From the NCBI GenBank assembly GCA_036258095.1, contig DATAEJ010000013.1, positions 20,554 through 84,553 on the forward strand: 64,000 nt of DNA. Reading direction: 5' to 3'. Every line of letters begins with the position of its first letter. Position 1 is the first letter of the stretch. The notes under the pieces are model-generated. The model saw only the letters and a program-made list of their open reading frames with translations, was not told the DNA's origin and ran no database searches. The translations under genes and the position numbers were made by a program. Below, piece by piece: positions 9,807 through 19,403 of the stretch. This stretch comes from Candidatus Angelobacter sp. GTDB lineage: Bacteria; Acidobacteriota; Terriglobia; Terriglobales; Acidobacteriaceae.

Positions 9807-10706
9807 ATGAGAGTTGCTGTGCTCGGCGAGATTCTGTGGGACATCGTTGGCGACTCGCGCTACCTCGGCGGGGCTCCGCTTAACTTTGCGATGCATCTGC
9901 AGGGTCTCGGCCACGAAGCCCTCTTGATCAGTGCACTTGGGGATGATTTGCTCGGCGCGGCTGCGATCAAAGAGATCGAGGCTCGGGGGCTCTCCACCAG
10001 GTTCATCCGGCTGGACAACCACCCCACTGGAACCGTGACCGTCCATATGGACGAGCGCGGCGCTCCTGACTACGTTATCCACCGCCCAGCCGCGTATGAC
10101 TTCCCTGCGCTTTCAGCAGAACGTGAGCATGAACTTTTAACACCTTCGCCCTCCTGGATTTATTTCGGCACCCTGCAGCAGATGAGCTCTAAGGCATTCG
10201 ATTTGACAATGACGATTCGGGAAAACCTGCCGTACGCGCGGACCTTTTATGACTTGAACCTCCGCCAGGACTCGTACAACACAGAATTACTGAGCACCCT
10301 GCTGCGGCAAGCTGATGTTGTGAAGCTCAATGAGCCGGAAGCCGCGGTTCTCGCGAACTTCCTGCAGTTCCCCAGCGCAGGGCTGCAGGAGCTCTGTCGA
10401 GCCTTGGCGCACATGTTCACGCTTCAAGCCGTTTGCGTCACCAGAGGCGCCCTTGGCTGCTGCTTGTTGATCGGCGACACCTTTGTGGAAGCGCCCGGAT
10501 ATTGCGTAACTGTTGCCGATACCATTGGCGCGGGAGACGCCTTCGCTGCAGCGTTTCTGCACGGAATGACCGAAGGGTGGCCGCCGCTGCACGTCGCAGA
10601 CTTCGCCAACCGGCTCGGGGCTGTCGTCGCTTCCCTGCCCGGTGGCGCACCTGCGTGGCAACCTGAGCAGCTCGACCGGTTGGCACATCGGCAGGATGCC
10701 CCGTAG
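9807..10706 (+). CDS. PfkB-family carbohydrate kinase (fructokinase-like)
   Basis: N-terminal GGAPLNFA and C-terminal DTIGAGDAFAAAFLHG PfkB signatures. Confidence 0.85.
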   Translation: MRVAVLGEILWDIVGDSRYLGGAPLNFAMHLQGLGHEALLISALGDDLLGAAAIKEIEARGLSTRFIRLDNHPTGTVTVHMDERGAPDYVIHRPAAYDFPALSAEREHELLTPSPSWIYFGTLQQMSSKAFDLTMTIRENLPYARTFYDLNLRQDSYNTELLSTLLRQADVVKLNEPEAAVLANFLQFPSAGLQELCRALAHMFTLQAVCVTRGALGCCLLIGDTFVEAPGYCVTVADTIGAGDAFAAAFLHGMTEGWPPLHVADFANRLGAVVASLPGGAPAWQPEQLDRLAHRQDAP

Positions 10707-10727
10707 AATCCAATCGGTAAAGGAGTC

Positions 10728-11405
10728 ATGGCTGATCCACGTCTTGTGTTCCTGTTCGACGTCGACAACACTCTGCTCGATAATGACCGCATCGCAGCTC
10801 ACCTGAAGAAGTACCTTGAAGACACCGTCGGGGCGGAGCGACAGCAACGCTACTGGGACATCTTCGAACAGCTTCGCAGCGAACTGGGTTACGCCGATTA
10901 CCTCGGCGCCTTGCAGCGTTATCGGATCGAACACCCGCGCGACGAGAGCCTGCTCGCCGTTTCGCATTTCATGATCAATTATCCGTTTGCCATCCGTCTG
11001 TACCCCGAATCACTGGATGCGGTGGAATACGTAAAGCAATGGGGCACTCCCGTGGTGCTCTCAGATGGCGATGTAGTCTTTCAACCGCTCAAGATCGAGC
11101 GCTCCGGGATTGGCGAGACTTTTTCCCGCAACATCCTGATTTACATCCACAAGGAGCGGGAACTGGACGACGTGGAAAAGCGATACCCTGCCGACCACTA
11201 CGTTCTGATCGACGATAAGCTGAGGATCCTCACAGCGGTCAAGAAGATATGGGGTGACAGGGTCACAACCGTCTTCCCTCGCCAGGGCCACTACGCATTG
11301 GACACCACGGCGATTGCCCAGTATCCCAAAGCCGACATCACGATCGAGCGCATCGGCGACCTGATGCAATTGAAGCGGGACGATTTTCTCAGATGTGCGA
11401 CCTAA
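10728..11405 (+). CDS. HAD-superfamily hydrolase
   Basis: Motif I FLFDVDNTLLD, a later SDGD, and AAGGAG SD upstream. Confidence 0.75.
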   Translation: MADPRLVFLFDVDNTLLDNDRIAAHLKKYLEDTVGAERQQRYWDIFEQLRSELGYADYLGALQRYRIEHPRDESLLAVSHFMINYPFAIRLYPESLDAVEYVKQWGTPVVLSDGDVVFQPLKIERSGIGETFSRNILIYIHKERELDDVEKRYPADHYVLIDDKLRILTAVKKIWGDRVTTVFPRQGHYALDTTAIAQYPKADITIERIGDLMQLKRDDFLRCAT

Positions 11406-11839
11406 CTGCGGACGGCTATTCCCTGCACCTCAAACCTCGCGCCGAACAGCAGCTTGCCTGAACCCAGAAATGCGCGTGCGGGATAGTGCTCCTGCTGGAA
11501 AAACGTCCGGTAGACCTCGTTGAACTGGCTGAAGAGTGAAACGTCAGAACAAAAGATCTGGATCTGTACCACGTCTTTTATCGTGAGACCGGCAGCTTCC
11601 ACCGTCTCCTTGAAATCCTGTAGAACCAGCTGGGCTTCTTCTGCAACGGTGGCCGGTGGCTTGTTGGTGCTGGGATCCAGTCCGATCTGTCCGCTGATGT
11701 AAAGCGTGTCGCCGGCCCACACAGCGTCACTGAACGGCAGATTGGCTTTCACGGTACTTTCAAGCCTTATGCGTTTGTGACCACCTGCGGCCGCAAGCGC
11801 CAGTACCGCCGGACCGAACAGAACAAGAGATGAGATCAT
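11402..11839 (-). CDS. RidA/YjgF family protein with N-terminal signal-like segment
   Basis: The YjgF/RidA core is recognisable: TLYISGQIGLDP, ARAFLGSGKL. Confidence 0.8.
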   Translation of the reverse strand: MISSLVLFGPAVLALAAAGGHKRIRLESTVKANLPFSDAVWAGDTLYISGQIGLDPSTNKPPATVAEEAQLVLQDFKETVEAAGLTIKDVVQIQIFCSDVSLFSQFNEVYRTFFQQEHYPARAFLGSGKLLFGARFEVQGIAVRS

Positions 11840-11906
11840 GGCAACTCCTGAGGATGAGATGAACGCATGGGAAGAGATGATTGGAGAACTCCGAAAGGCG
11901 CATTCT

Positions 11907-12563
11907 TTATCGGGGCAACTTTAGCGAAGGGCACTTTGGCGTAGCCAGAGCCTTGATCCGGTCGCGCATGGTGACCCTCACGCGGTCCAGTGCCTTGGTA
12001 TCTTCCAATAGTTGAAATCCCCAATGACCCCCAATTGCGAGAGAGTAAATCTCAAAGGCAAACTGTTCGGGATTCACGCTGGCCTTGAGATGACCTGCCT
12101 TTTTTGCTCCCTCGACCGCGCGCGTGAGCACGCCAAGCCATTCCTGCATGGCATTGGCTATGGCATCTCGGACAGGGCCTTTCCGGCTGTCGAACTCGAA
12201 TGACGCAGCGGCAAAGAAGCATCCGCCTTTAAAGACTTTGCCTTCAACATATTTCACCCAGTGCAGGCAGAGTGCCCAAAGCCGCGGCGCGCCTGCAGGT
12301 TCTGAGAGCGCCGGACGAATGACGTGTTCCGTGAAGATCTCGCGCGCCGCGGACACGGTGGCCAGCTGCAGGTCTTCTTTGGAGCCGAAGTGAGCAAAAA
12401 GGCCGCTCTTGCTCATCTTCAACTCGTCCGCCAGTCGCCCAATGCTCACTCCTTCCAGACCTTCCACGGACGCGAGATCAACCGCAACGCGGAGAATGCT
12501 CTCGCGCGTACGCGCTCCTTTCGGGAGTGCTTCCTTGTCCGGAATGGGGCGGGCGGTAGCCAT
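11907..12563 (-). CDS. TetR/AcrR family transcriptional regulator
   Basis: HTH region TRESILRVAVDLASVEGLEGVSIGRLADELKMSKSGLFAHFGSKEDL. I take the start at MATARPIP (ATG 12563). The 200-aa N-terminal extension in the track ORF is Ser/Arg-rich and overlaps the divergent gene. Confidence 0.88.
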   Translation of the reverse strand: MATARPIPDKEALPKGARTRESILRVAVDLASVEGLEGVSIGRLADELKMSKSGLFAHFGSKEDLQLATVSAAREIFTEHVIRPALSEPAGAPRLWALCLHWVKYVEGKVFKGGCFFAAASFEFDSRKGPVRDAIANAMQEWLGVLTRAVEGAKKAGHLKASVNPEQFAFEIYSLAIGGHWGFQLLEDTKALDRVRVTMRDRIKALATPKCPSLKLPR

Positions 12564-12575
12564 GGTGCTTAACAA

Positions 12576-12614
12576 GAAAATAATACTGCGGAAAATAATA
12601 GCACGAACGTTCGT
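12576..12614. promoter_or_regulatory. candidate TetR operator in the divergent intergenic region
   Basis: Perfect 12-nt palindrome ACGAACGTTCGT at 12603..12614. It is preceded by two direct GAAAATAATA repeats (12576..12585 and 12591..12600) in the 94-nt gap between the tetR and protease-fusion starts. Confidence 0.5.
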
Positions 12615-12657
12615 TTTTTGTGAGATACTGACACCCTGTTCATGGAGGGTCCCCCGA

Positions 12658-13500
12658 ATGCGCTCTCTGTTGGCTGCTCTTGTCTGGATCGTCCTGAGTT
12701 TCAACTCTTCCGCTCGCGCGGAGGATATCCCTCTGCGGACTTGTGACCGCCTTCCGGTCGTTGAAGTAACCATTTCCGGCTCGCAGTTCCTTTTCCTGCT
12801 TGATACCGGGGCAACCTCGATGCTCAATCTGAAGTCGTTCTCGCACGGCGACCCGCGCAGGATCGCAGTGACTTCATGGAGTGGCACGGCTGAAACGCGA
12901 GCCCAGGACGTTACCATTGGAGATCTGACGATCGGGCAGCACCAGCTCAAGTCACTCAGGCTGCCGGCGGTGGATCTGTCCGCCATCGGCAATGCCTGCG
13001 GGCGCCGGATTGACGGCATCCTGGGCGTCGACCTTCTTGCCCGGCTTGGAGCAACTGTGGATGTCCGCAACCGCGTGGCCCACATCGCGCCCGAACCTGA
13101 AGAAACCGAATCTCGCATCGCAGAACTCCACCGTGAACTTACGCATTGTGAGGAACTGTTCAACGCCGCAAATGAGCCTGAGTTTGCTCAGTGCCTTGAT
13201 CCCGACGTCGTGATCTTTACTGCTGGCGGCGATTACTACGGCCGCGAAGCCAGTATGGGTTATTATCGGCAGCGCTACTTCCGGCACGATCCGCGGGCTC
13301 ACCTGCAAATCACCTCGCGCGGCCAGCATGCAATCGGCGATGCGATTTGGGTTGAGTACGATCTTCGCATTACCCTGGGCACACAAGTGATTCTTGCCCG
13401 CGGTACCGCGTTATGCGAAAAGAAGGACGGCCGCTGGCGCATTGTGCACATGAACCACTCCGCTCCTCCTCCGGATGCGTATCAAGCGAAGGAGGACTGA
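12658..13500 (+). CDS. secreted retropepsin-like aspartyl protease fused to a SnoaL/DUF4440-like domain
   Basis: Signal peptide MRSLLAALVWIVLSFNSSARA. Aspartyl protease motif FLLDTGATSML plus DGILGVDLL. The C-terminal half (..VVIFTAGGDYYG...WVEYDL...KKDGRWRIVHMNHS) resembles NTF2-like DUF4440. I place the start at ATG 12658. Confidence 0.7.
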   Translation: MRSLLAALVWIVLSFNSSARAEDIPLRTCDRLPVVEVTISGSQFLFLLDTGATSMLNLKSFSHGDPRRIAVTSWSGTAETRAQDVTIGDLTIGQHQLKSLRLPAVDLSAIGNACGRRIDGILGVDLLARLGATVDVRNRVAHIAPEPEETESRIAELHRELTHCEELFNAANEPEFAQCLDPDVVIFTAGGDYYGREASMGYYRQRYFRHDPRAHLQITSRGQHAIGDAIWVEYDLRITLGTQVILARGTALCEKKDGRWRIVHMNHSAPPPDAYQAKED

Positions 13501-13506
13501 CACAGC

Positions 13507-13965
13507 ATGGCCATGACTGCAAAGAAACTGAAGCGCCGTCTGGCGCTGTATCCACCTTATCTTGGTGCAGGAGTCCGCGTGACGCATCTAGCGGATGATT
13601 TCAGCGCCATGACGGTGGAAATGCCGCTCCGTTTCTGGAATCGCAATTACGTGGGAACACACTTTGGCGGCTCGCTGTACTCGATGGTCGATCCCCATTT
13701 CATGCTGATGTTGATCAACCGGCTCGGTCCGGGCTACATCGTGTGGGACAAGGCAGCGACGATTCGGTTCAAACGACCGGGAAAAGGTCTGGTCAAAGCA
13801 CAGTTTGAAGTTACCGACGCACGGCTTGCCGAAATCAAAGCAGCAGCGGATCAGCAAGGCAGGATCGAACCGCTCTTTCAGGTCTCGATCACCGACGACA
13901 GCGGCCAGGTTGTGGCTGAGGTCGACAAGACGCTCTATGTCCGCAGGAAGGATAACCGGGCTTGA
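13507..13965 (+). CDS. DUF4442 / hotdog-fold thioesterase-like protein
   Basis: YPPYLGAGVRVTHLADDFSAMTVEMPL..NYVGTHFGGSLYSMVDP matches my memory of DUF4442 (YiiD C-terminal like). Confidence 0.65.
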   Translation: MAMTAKKLKRRLALYPPYLGAGVRVTHLADDFSAMTVEMPLRFWNRNYVGTHFGGSLYSMVDPHFMLMLINRLGPGYIVWDKAATIRFKRPGKGLVKAQFEVTDARLAEIKAAADQQGRIEPLFQVSITDDSGQVVAEVDKTLYVRRKDNRA

Positions 13966-13987
13966 GGGATCCCCGATCCGCAATGAA

Positions 13988-14018
13988 GAAAGGCCGGGCG
14001 CCCTCCGCCCGGCCTTTC
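13988..14018. terminator. bidirectional terminator hairpin between convergent genes
   Basis: 13-bp stem GAAAGGCCGGGCG / CGCCCGGCCTTTC with a 5-nt loop. It lies between the stops at 13965 (+) and 14036 (-). Confidence 0.65.
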
Positions 14019-14035
14019 TCACACCAGGAGAAAAG

Positions 14036-14998
14036 TCAGTGCCCAGCCGTACCCGCCACCTGCAGCACCATCTGCGTGCCACTATCCAGCTTGACGGTAT
14101 GGTCTGCTGAGCTAATGACGGACGCTTGAGTCGCTCCCGTGGTCGCCGAGCTGAGGGACAATCCGGGCATACCTAAAGCGCCGCGGCTGGCGCTGGTCAG
14201 AGATCCATTGGCGCCCAGCCCCTGCGTTGCCGAGCCAAGAGTTCCGTTTGTGGCCGCCCCGGCGGCGCTGGTGACCGAACCCGTGGCCCCACCTACTGTG
14301 CTCGTTGCCCCGCTGACGGTCGAGCTCGCAGCGCCGCCTACACCACCCAGCATGCCGCCACCCGCGGGACGCGCTCCGCCACCCGAAGGAGGCGCCATGG
14401 CGCCCAGATCTGCAGATGCCGCCGTTGCACTCTGGACGGGCGGTGCAATTGCCTGAATTACTCCGTTAAAAGCCACGTCTCCGCCACCTTTTGGAACGGC
14501 CTTGTCAAACACGATTCCGAGTTTTGACTGCGCCTGCTCCTTCGTATGCGCCTGCGCCTCAGTCACATGCCCTACCAGCTTTGTGCCCTTGTGCAATACG
14601 ACTTTGCCATCGGCTTTGACATCCTGCGTCAGCTTCGCGGTTACTTCATCACCTGCTTTGGCTTTCTTCGCATCGACCGATTTTGTCAATTCCGCCTGCA
14701 GGGTGCTTCCGCCGCTCAGGGCGGCTGAGCCTCCCGGATTGCCTCCGGAATGATCGTGGCTGTGCTTCTTGTCTGCCGCACTTGCCGGCTTCTCATGACC
14801 GGCCTGCACGTCGCCGGATGTATTCAGTGACGTTGAACCAGCCGGCGTCTGCGCCTGCTGCGCCGCGTCAGTGTGAGCCGAAGCTTGGCTGCCCGATACT
14901 GATGCATTGGTATTGGTCGAACCGCTGGCTGCCGTTTGTGCCTGTGCGACGAATGCGCAGAGGGCTGCTAATGCAATCACAATGATGATCCGTTTCAT
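14036..14998 (-). CDS. secreted low-complexity (Ala/Ser/Gly/Thr-rich) protein of unknown function
   Basis: Signal peptide MKRIIIVIALAALCAFVAQA. The central block (AKAGDEVTAKLTQDVKADGKVVLHKGTKLVGHVTEAQA) is flanked by low-complexity tails. Confidence 0.65.
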   Translation of the reverse strand: MKRIIIVIALAALCAFVAQAQTAASGSTNTNASVSGSQASAHTDAAQQAQTPAGSTSLNTSGDVQAGHEKPASAADKKHSHDHSGGNPGGSAALSGGSTLQAELTKSVDAKKAKAGDEVTAKLTQDVKADGKVVLHKGTKLVGHVTEAQAHTKEQAQSKLGIVFDKAVPKGGGDVAFNGVIQAIAPPVQSATAASADLGAMAPPSGGGARPAGGGMLGGVGGAASSTVSGATSTVGGATGSVTSAAGAATNGTLGSATQGLGANGSLTSASRGALGMPGLSLSSATTGATQASVISSADHTVKLDSGTQMVLQVAGTAGH

Positions 14999-15146
14999 TC
15001 TCTTGTCTGCTCCTTGTGTTTAGCTCAAAAAGTCGGGGGAAACGGTGACAATGCTCAACTTAGATGCAGAGTTGCTGGAATTTGGTTGATCGGAAAAGTA
15101 TGAACTTGTTGCGAATAGACCACCATTCACGTATATAACACAGTGG

Positions 15147-16184
15147 TTAACTGACGTGCAGATTCAGCTTTTCCTCAACCATCCGATCCGCAGCCACTGA
15201 GGTCGGCACGCGCTGTTCTTCAGCCAGGTGAAAGATCTTAAGCAGAGTTTCATAGATTGCGTCGACTTTGGCGGCGGTCCGACCACTGTCCCACCCCAGC
15301 AGTTCGCGACAGGTTCCATTGATCACTCCACCAGCATTGGCGGCATAATCGGGAGCATAAAGAATGCCTCGCTCCGCCAGCACCTCCCCGTGACGCGCTT
15401 CAAGCAGCTGATTATTGGCTCCTCCAACCACCAGATCAGCCTTGAGCTGCGGAATGGTTGCGTCGTTCAGGATGCTGCCCAGTGCGCATGGAGAAAACAC
15501 ATCCGCGGCAATCCTGTATATCTCATCTACCGACGCCCGAGCTGCCCCGAAGTCATTGATGACACGCTGCAGCTTGCCTTCATCTACGTCGCTTGCAATA
15601 ACCAGGGCGCCGGCTCTCGTCAACTCGCCGGCCAGCGAGTAGCCGACATGCCCACAGCCTTGCAAAGCCACTCTCTTGCCACGCAGATCATCGTTCTCCC
15701 AACGATGCCGGGCGGCGGCCTGCATCGCGCGAAACACTCCGCGGGCAGTATGCGGCGAGGGGTCGCCCGAGGCTCCCTGCAATCCGGCCACATGTCTGGT
15801 CTCGAGCAAAACAAATTCCATGTCCGCGGGGCTGGTCCCGACATCTTCAGCCGTTACGTACTTACCGTGAAGGGATTCAACCAGCCGTCCGTGCGCGCGA
15901 AACAGCGCTTCCCTGTTCTCCTTCCCTGGCTGGCGCATGATGATCGACTTCCCTCCGCCGCAGGGCAATTCTGCCAGCGCATTCTTGTATGTCATGCCTC
16001 GGGAGAGGCGAAGACCGTCTGTTATCGCGGCCTCGTCGTTCGGATAACTCCAGTATCGCGTCCCGCCAACAGCCGGTCCCAACGCACTACTGTGCACAAA
16101 TACAAACCCACGATAATCCGCGTCTTCATCTTCACCGCGCACCACACGTTCGTAGCCCGGGACCTTGAGTTCGGTAATTTTCAT
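15147..16184 (-). CDS. Glu/Leu/Phe/Val dehydrogenase family enzyme (leucine dehydrogenase-like)
   Basis: Catalytic-Lys region LPCGGGKSII and Rossmann motif LQGCGHVGYSLAGEL. The size (345 aa) fits Leu/Phe dehydrogenases. Confidence 0.88.
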   Translation of the reverse strand: MKITELKVPGYERVVRGEDEDADYRGFVFVHSSALGPAVGGTRYWSYPNDEAAITDGLRLSRGMTYKNALAELPCGGGKSIIMRQPGKENREALFRAHGRLVESLHGKYVTAEDVGTSPADMEFVLLETRHVAGLQGASGDPSPHTARGVFRAMQAAARHRWENDDLRGKRVALQGCGHVGYSLAGELTRAGALVIASDVDEGKLQRVINDFGAARASVDEIYRIAADVFSPCALGSILNDATIPQLKADLVVGGANNQLLEARHGEVLAERGILYAPDYAANAGGVINGTCRELLGWDSGRTAAKVDAIYETLLKIFHLAEEQRVPTSVAADRMVEEKLNLHVS

Positions 16185-16285
16185 GCATCCCTCTGCGCTT
16201 CCCTGCGTTGGATGGAGTCAACTCCCGAATGTATCAGAGTGATTGAGAGTTTTCCGCGTGCCCGGTCATTTACAATTTCCAGCTT

Positions 16286-19200
16286 ATGTCCAACCCTTGG
16301 CTCAGGGCCGCGCGCCGGCTCATGTTTTTCTCTGTCCTGATCGCATCGTCGTTTCTTTCTGCCCAGCAAGTTGATCCGAGCCTTTACAGCGGCTTGCGCT
16401 GGCGACTCATCGGTCCCTTCCGTGGTGGGCGTACGGTGGCGGTGAGCGGCGTGACTGGGCAGCCAAATCTCTTCTACTTCGGTTCCGTTGGAGGCGGCGT
16501 TTGGAAGACGACCAATGCCGGCGAGACCTGGGAACCAATTTTTGATTCACAGCCGATCGGATCCATCGGTGCGATCGCGGTTGCGCAGTCGAACCCGAAT
16601 GTCATTTATGTAGGCACGGGCGAGCCTGATTTCCGTTCCGATTTAACTTACGGAAATGGTATTTACAGAACCACGGACGGCGGCAAGACCTGGAGCAATA
16701 TTGGACTTAAAGCGTCTCGGCACATTGCGAGGATTGTGATCGATCCGCGGGATCCCAATGTCGTGCTGGTCGCCGCAGTGGGCAGCGCCTATGGATCCGG
16801 CCCAGAGCGTGGTGTATTTCGCACCACCGACGGGGGAAAGACCTGGCAGAAAGTTCTCTACAAAGATCCAGATACCGGAGCCATTGATATGGCTCTCGAT
16901 CCCGACAACTCCAAAACAGTATATGCGGCCCTGGTATACGATCGCCGTCCGCCGTGGAGCACGTATGCTCCCACCACGGATCGCGGAGCCATTTACAAAT
17001 CAACGGACGGCGGCGCGACGTGGAAACAACTCCAAGGTTTACCGAAAACGGGCCTCGGGCGTATCGGCCTGGCGGTCGCGCGCGGCAAGCGTGTGTATGC
17101 CACGGTGGACGCCAAAGAAGAGAAGGACCGCGGCGTTTATCGATCCGATGATGCAGGGCAAACGTGGACGCGTGTCGGGACCGATCCGCGGGTGACCAGT
17201 CGCGGCTGGTATTTTGGCGAGATTTGCGTCGATCCAAAGAACCCGGACGTCCTGTACGCGCCAAACGTCTCGATCTACCGATCGCATGACGGTGGCAAAA
17301 ATTGGGAGGCCATCAAAGGCGCGCCCGGTGGCGACGATTACCACGCGATGTGGATTGATCCTTCAAATTCCCAGCACATGATCTTTGGCAGCGATCAGGG
17401 CGCTGGCGTGAGTCTGGACGGCGCAAACAGCTGGAGCAACTGGTACAACCAGCCCACAGCGCAGTTCTATCACGTGATTGTTGACAACCAGTTTCCGTAT
17501 CACGTTTATGGCGCGCAGCAGGATTCAGGCAGTATTGATACGGCTAGCCGGAGCAACGACGGCTCGATCACGTTCCGCGACTGGCACCCCACTGCTGCGG
17601 GCGAGAGCGGTTACATAGCTCCCGATCCTAAGGATCCCAATATCATTTACGGCGGCAGCACCTACGGCGAACTTTTCCGCTACGACAAGCGAACTGGCGA
17701 GGCGCAGGTAATCGCGCCGGAAGCAGTTCGGACCTTCGGCGGCGATCCCACAGAGGCGGAATTCCGCTTCAGCTGGACTTCCCCGCTGGTCTTTTCACCG
17801 CAGGACTCGCACACTCTGTACTATGGCTCGCAAAACGTGTTGCGCAGCCAGGACCAGGGCAGCAGTTGGCAGAAGATTAGCCCAGACCTTACCGGCACAG
17901 ATCCCAAGGCATCAAGGGAAGGTGATTTGACCGCCGCCAATGCCATGCAGCGCGGCCACGGCGTGGTTTACACAATTGCACCCTCTGCTCTCGCAGCGGG
18001 ACAGATTTGGGCCGGCACGGACACAGGCCTGATCCATTTGACTCGGGACGATGGCAAGACTTGGGCTGAGGTAAATCCACAAGGCCTTGCTGCGTGGAGC
18101 AAGATCAGCCTGATTGAAGCTGGACACTTCGATGCGGGTACCGCATATGTCGCGCTCGACCGCCATCGCATGGACGATATTGCTCCATACATCTACCGGA
18201 CCCACGATTTCGGTAAGAGTTGGACGCGCGTTAACTCCGGGATTCCGAACGGTGCATACGTGCGAGCCGTCCGTGAAGATCCTGTACGGAGGGGGCTGCT
18301 TTATGCCGGAACAGAACTGGGCGTGTTCTTTTCACTCGATGACGGCGACCATTGGCAGCCGCTTCAGCTCAACCTGCCGGTCTCGCCTGTTCATGATCTC
18401 GTAATCAAGGAAAATGACTTGGTCATTGCCACTCATGGTCGTTCATTCTGGGTGTTGGATGACCTGTCGCCACTTCGCCAACTGAAGGCCGAGAACTCAG
18501 GTAACGATACAACACTATTCAAACCGTCGACGGCCATCCGCATTCGTCCCAACACAAACCACGACACGCCGTTGCCGCCTGAAGTGCCTGCCGGTGAGAA
18601 CCCGCCGGCCGGTGCCGTGCTCTACTACTACCTGAATGCTCCCGTACAGGGCGAAGTCAAGATTGAGATTGCGCGTGCGAAGGACCGTGCGGCAGTGCGG
18701 ACATTCTCGAGCAATGACAAAACGTTCGAACCAGCTGCGCCGCCCTCCTTCCCGAATTACTGGTTCCGTCCGGAAGGCCCCCTTTCCACGAAGGCCGGCA
18801 TGCATCGGCTGGTTTGGGACCTGAGGATGGATCCGATCCGGCCGAAGTCCGGGCTGGCGCGGAATGTGGATTACAGCATGTCAACTGCATACGGCACCAA
18901 CGTACCAGTTCAGCCGCGAGGGCCCATGGTTCTGCCCGGTGATTACCTTGTCGTACTCACCGTGAACGGTCAGCAGGTTTCCGTACAGCCGCTGAAGCTG
19001 GTGATGGATCCTCGTGTGCAGGTTCCTGCTGGTGACATGGAGAAAAAATTCGACCTGGAGCAGGACCTGTATCAGGCCATTGTCGTGGGCGACCAACAAC
19101 TCGCCGCAATCCAACAGTTCTATTCCGACGCAAAGCACACCCCTGAAAATCAAAAAACTGAAGCCGTGCTACAGGAGATCGAACCTGCCGGAACTGCAAG

Positions 19201-19396
19201 GGGTGGACGCAGGGCATCCGCAGGCAAGACGACCCTAAGCAGCGTGTTGACCGCCATGGCTCAAATCGCCATTGCCCTGGACGGTGTCGATGCTGCGCCA
19301 ACGGCGGTACAAACCGGAGCTGCCGACAAAGCGTTTGCCAGCTTCAAGTCGATGGTGGATAAATTGGACGCGATGAAATTGCCCGGGGCCAAGTAG
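16286..19396 (+). CDS. secreted BNR/Asp-box repeat beta-propeller protein (sortilin/VPS10- or GH74-like)
   Basis: Signal peptide, plus many Asp-box motifs: TTDGGKTW (twice), STDGGATW, SDDAGQTW, SHDGGKNW, TRDDGKTW, THDFGKSW. Confidence 0.85.
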   Translation: MSNPWLRAARRLMFFSVLIASSFLSAQQVDPSLYSGLRWRLIGPFRGGRTVAVSGVTGQPNLFYFGSVGGGVWKTTNAGETWEPIFDSQPIGSIGAIAVAQSNPNVIYVGTGEPDFRSDLTYGNGIYRTTDGGKTWSNIGLKASRHIARIVIDPRDPNVVLVAAVGSAYGSGPERGVFRTTDGGKTWQKVLYKDPDTGAIDMALDPDNSKTVYAALVYDRRPPWSTYAPTTDRGAIYKSTDGGATWKQLQGLPKTGLGRIGLAVARGKRVYATVDAKEEKDRGVYRSDDAGQTWTRVGTDPRVTSRGWYFGEICVDPKNPDVLYAPNVSIYRSHDGGKNWEAIKGAPGGDDYHAMWIDPSNSQHMIFGSDQGAGVSLDGANSWSNWYNQPTAQFYHVIVDNQFPYHVYGAQQDSGSIDTASRSNDGSITFRDWHPTAAGESGYIAPDPKDPNIIYGGSTYGELFRYDKRTGEAQVIAPEAVRTFGGDPTEAEFRFSWTSPLVFSPQDSHTLYYGSQNVLRSQDQGSSWQKISPDLTGTDPKASREGDLTAANAMQRGHGVVYTIAPSALAAGQIWAGTDTGLIHLTRDDGKTWAEVNPQGLAAWSKISLIEAGHFDAGTAYVALDRHRMDDIAPYIYRTHDFGKSWTRVNSGIPNGAYVRAVREDPVRRGLLYAGTELGVFFSLDDGDHWQPLQLNLPVSPVHDLVIKENDLVIATHGRSFWVLDDLSPLRQLKAENSGNDTTLFKPSTAIRIRPNTNHDTPLPPEVPAGENPPAGAVLYYYLNAPVQGEVKIEIARAKDRAAVRTFSSNDKTFEPAAPPSFPNYWFRPEGPLSTKAGMHRLVWDLRMDPIRPKSGLARNVDYSMSTAYGTNVPVQPRGPMVLPGDYLVVLTVNGQQVSVQPLKLVMDPRVQVPAGDMEKKFDLEQDLYQAIVVGDQQLAAIQQFYSDAKHTPENQKTEAVLQEIEPAGTARGGRRASAGKTTLSSVLTAMAQIAIALDGVDAAPTAVQTGAADKAFASFKSMVDKLDAMKLPGAK

Positions 19397-19403
19397 AGGA
19401 AGC

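Noticed and set aside
12564-13163. N-terminal 200-aa extension of the TetR ORF (track 11907-13163), and the upstream extension of the protease ORF (track start 12409)
   Set aside because: The extensions overlap each other on opposite strands and have low-complexity composition. Canonical starts (MATARPIP for TetR, the signal peptide MRSLLAAL for the protease) give normal-length proteins.
15228-16340. 370-aa + strand ORF antisense to the leucine-type dehydrogenase. Similar long antisense ORFs occur at 24032-24865, 48726-49325, 58268-59053, 62814-63596 and 9015-9707.
   Set aside because: These are shadow ORFs, as is typical of GC-rich DNA. Their translations are Arg/Ser/Pro/Gly-rich with no motifs, while the opposite strand carries clearly recognisable proteins.
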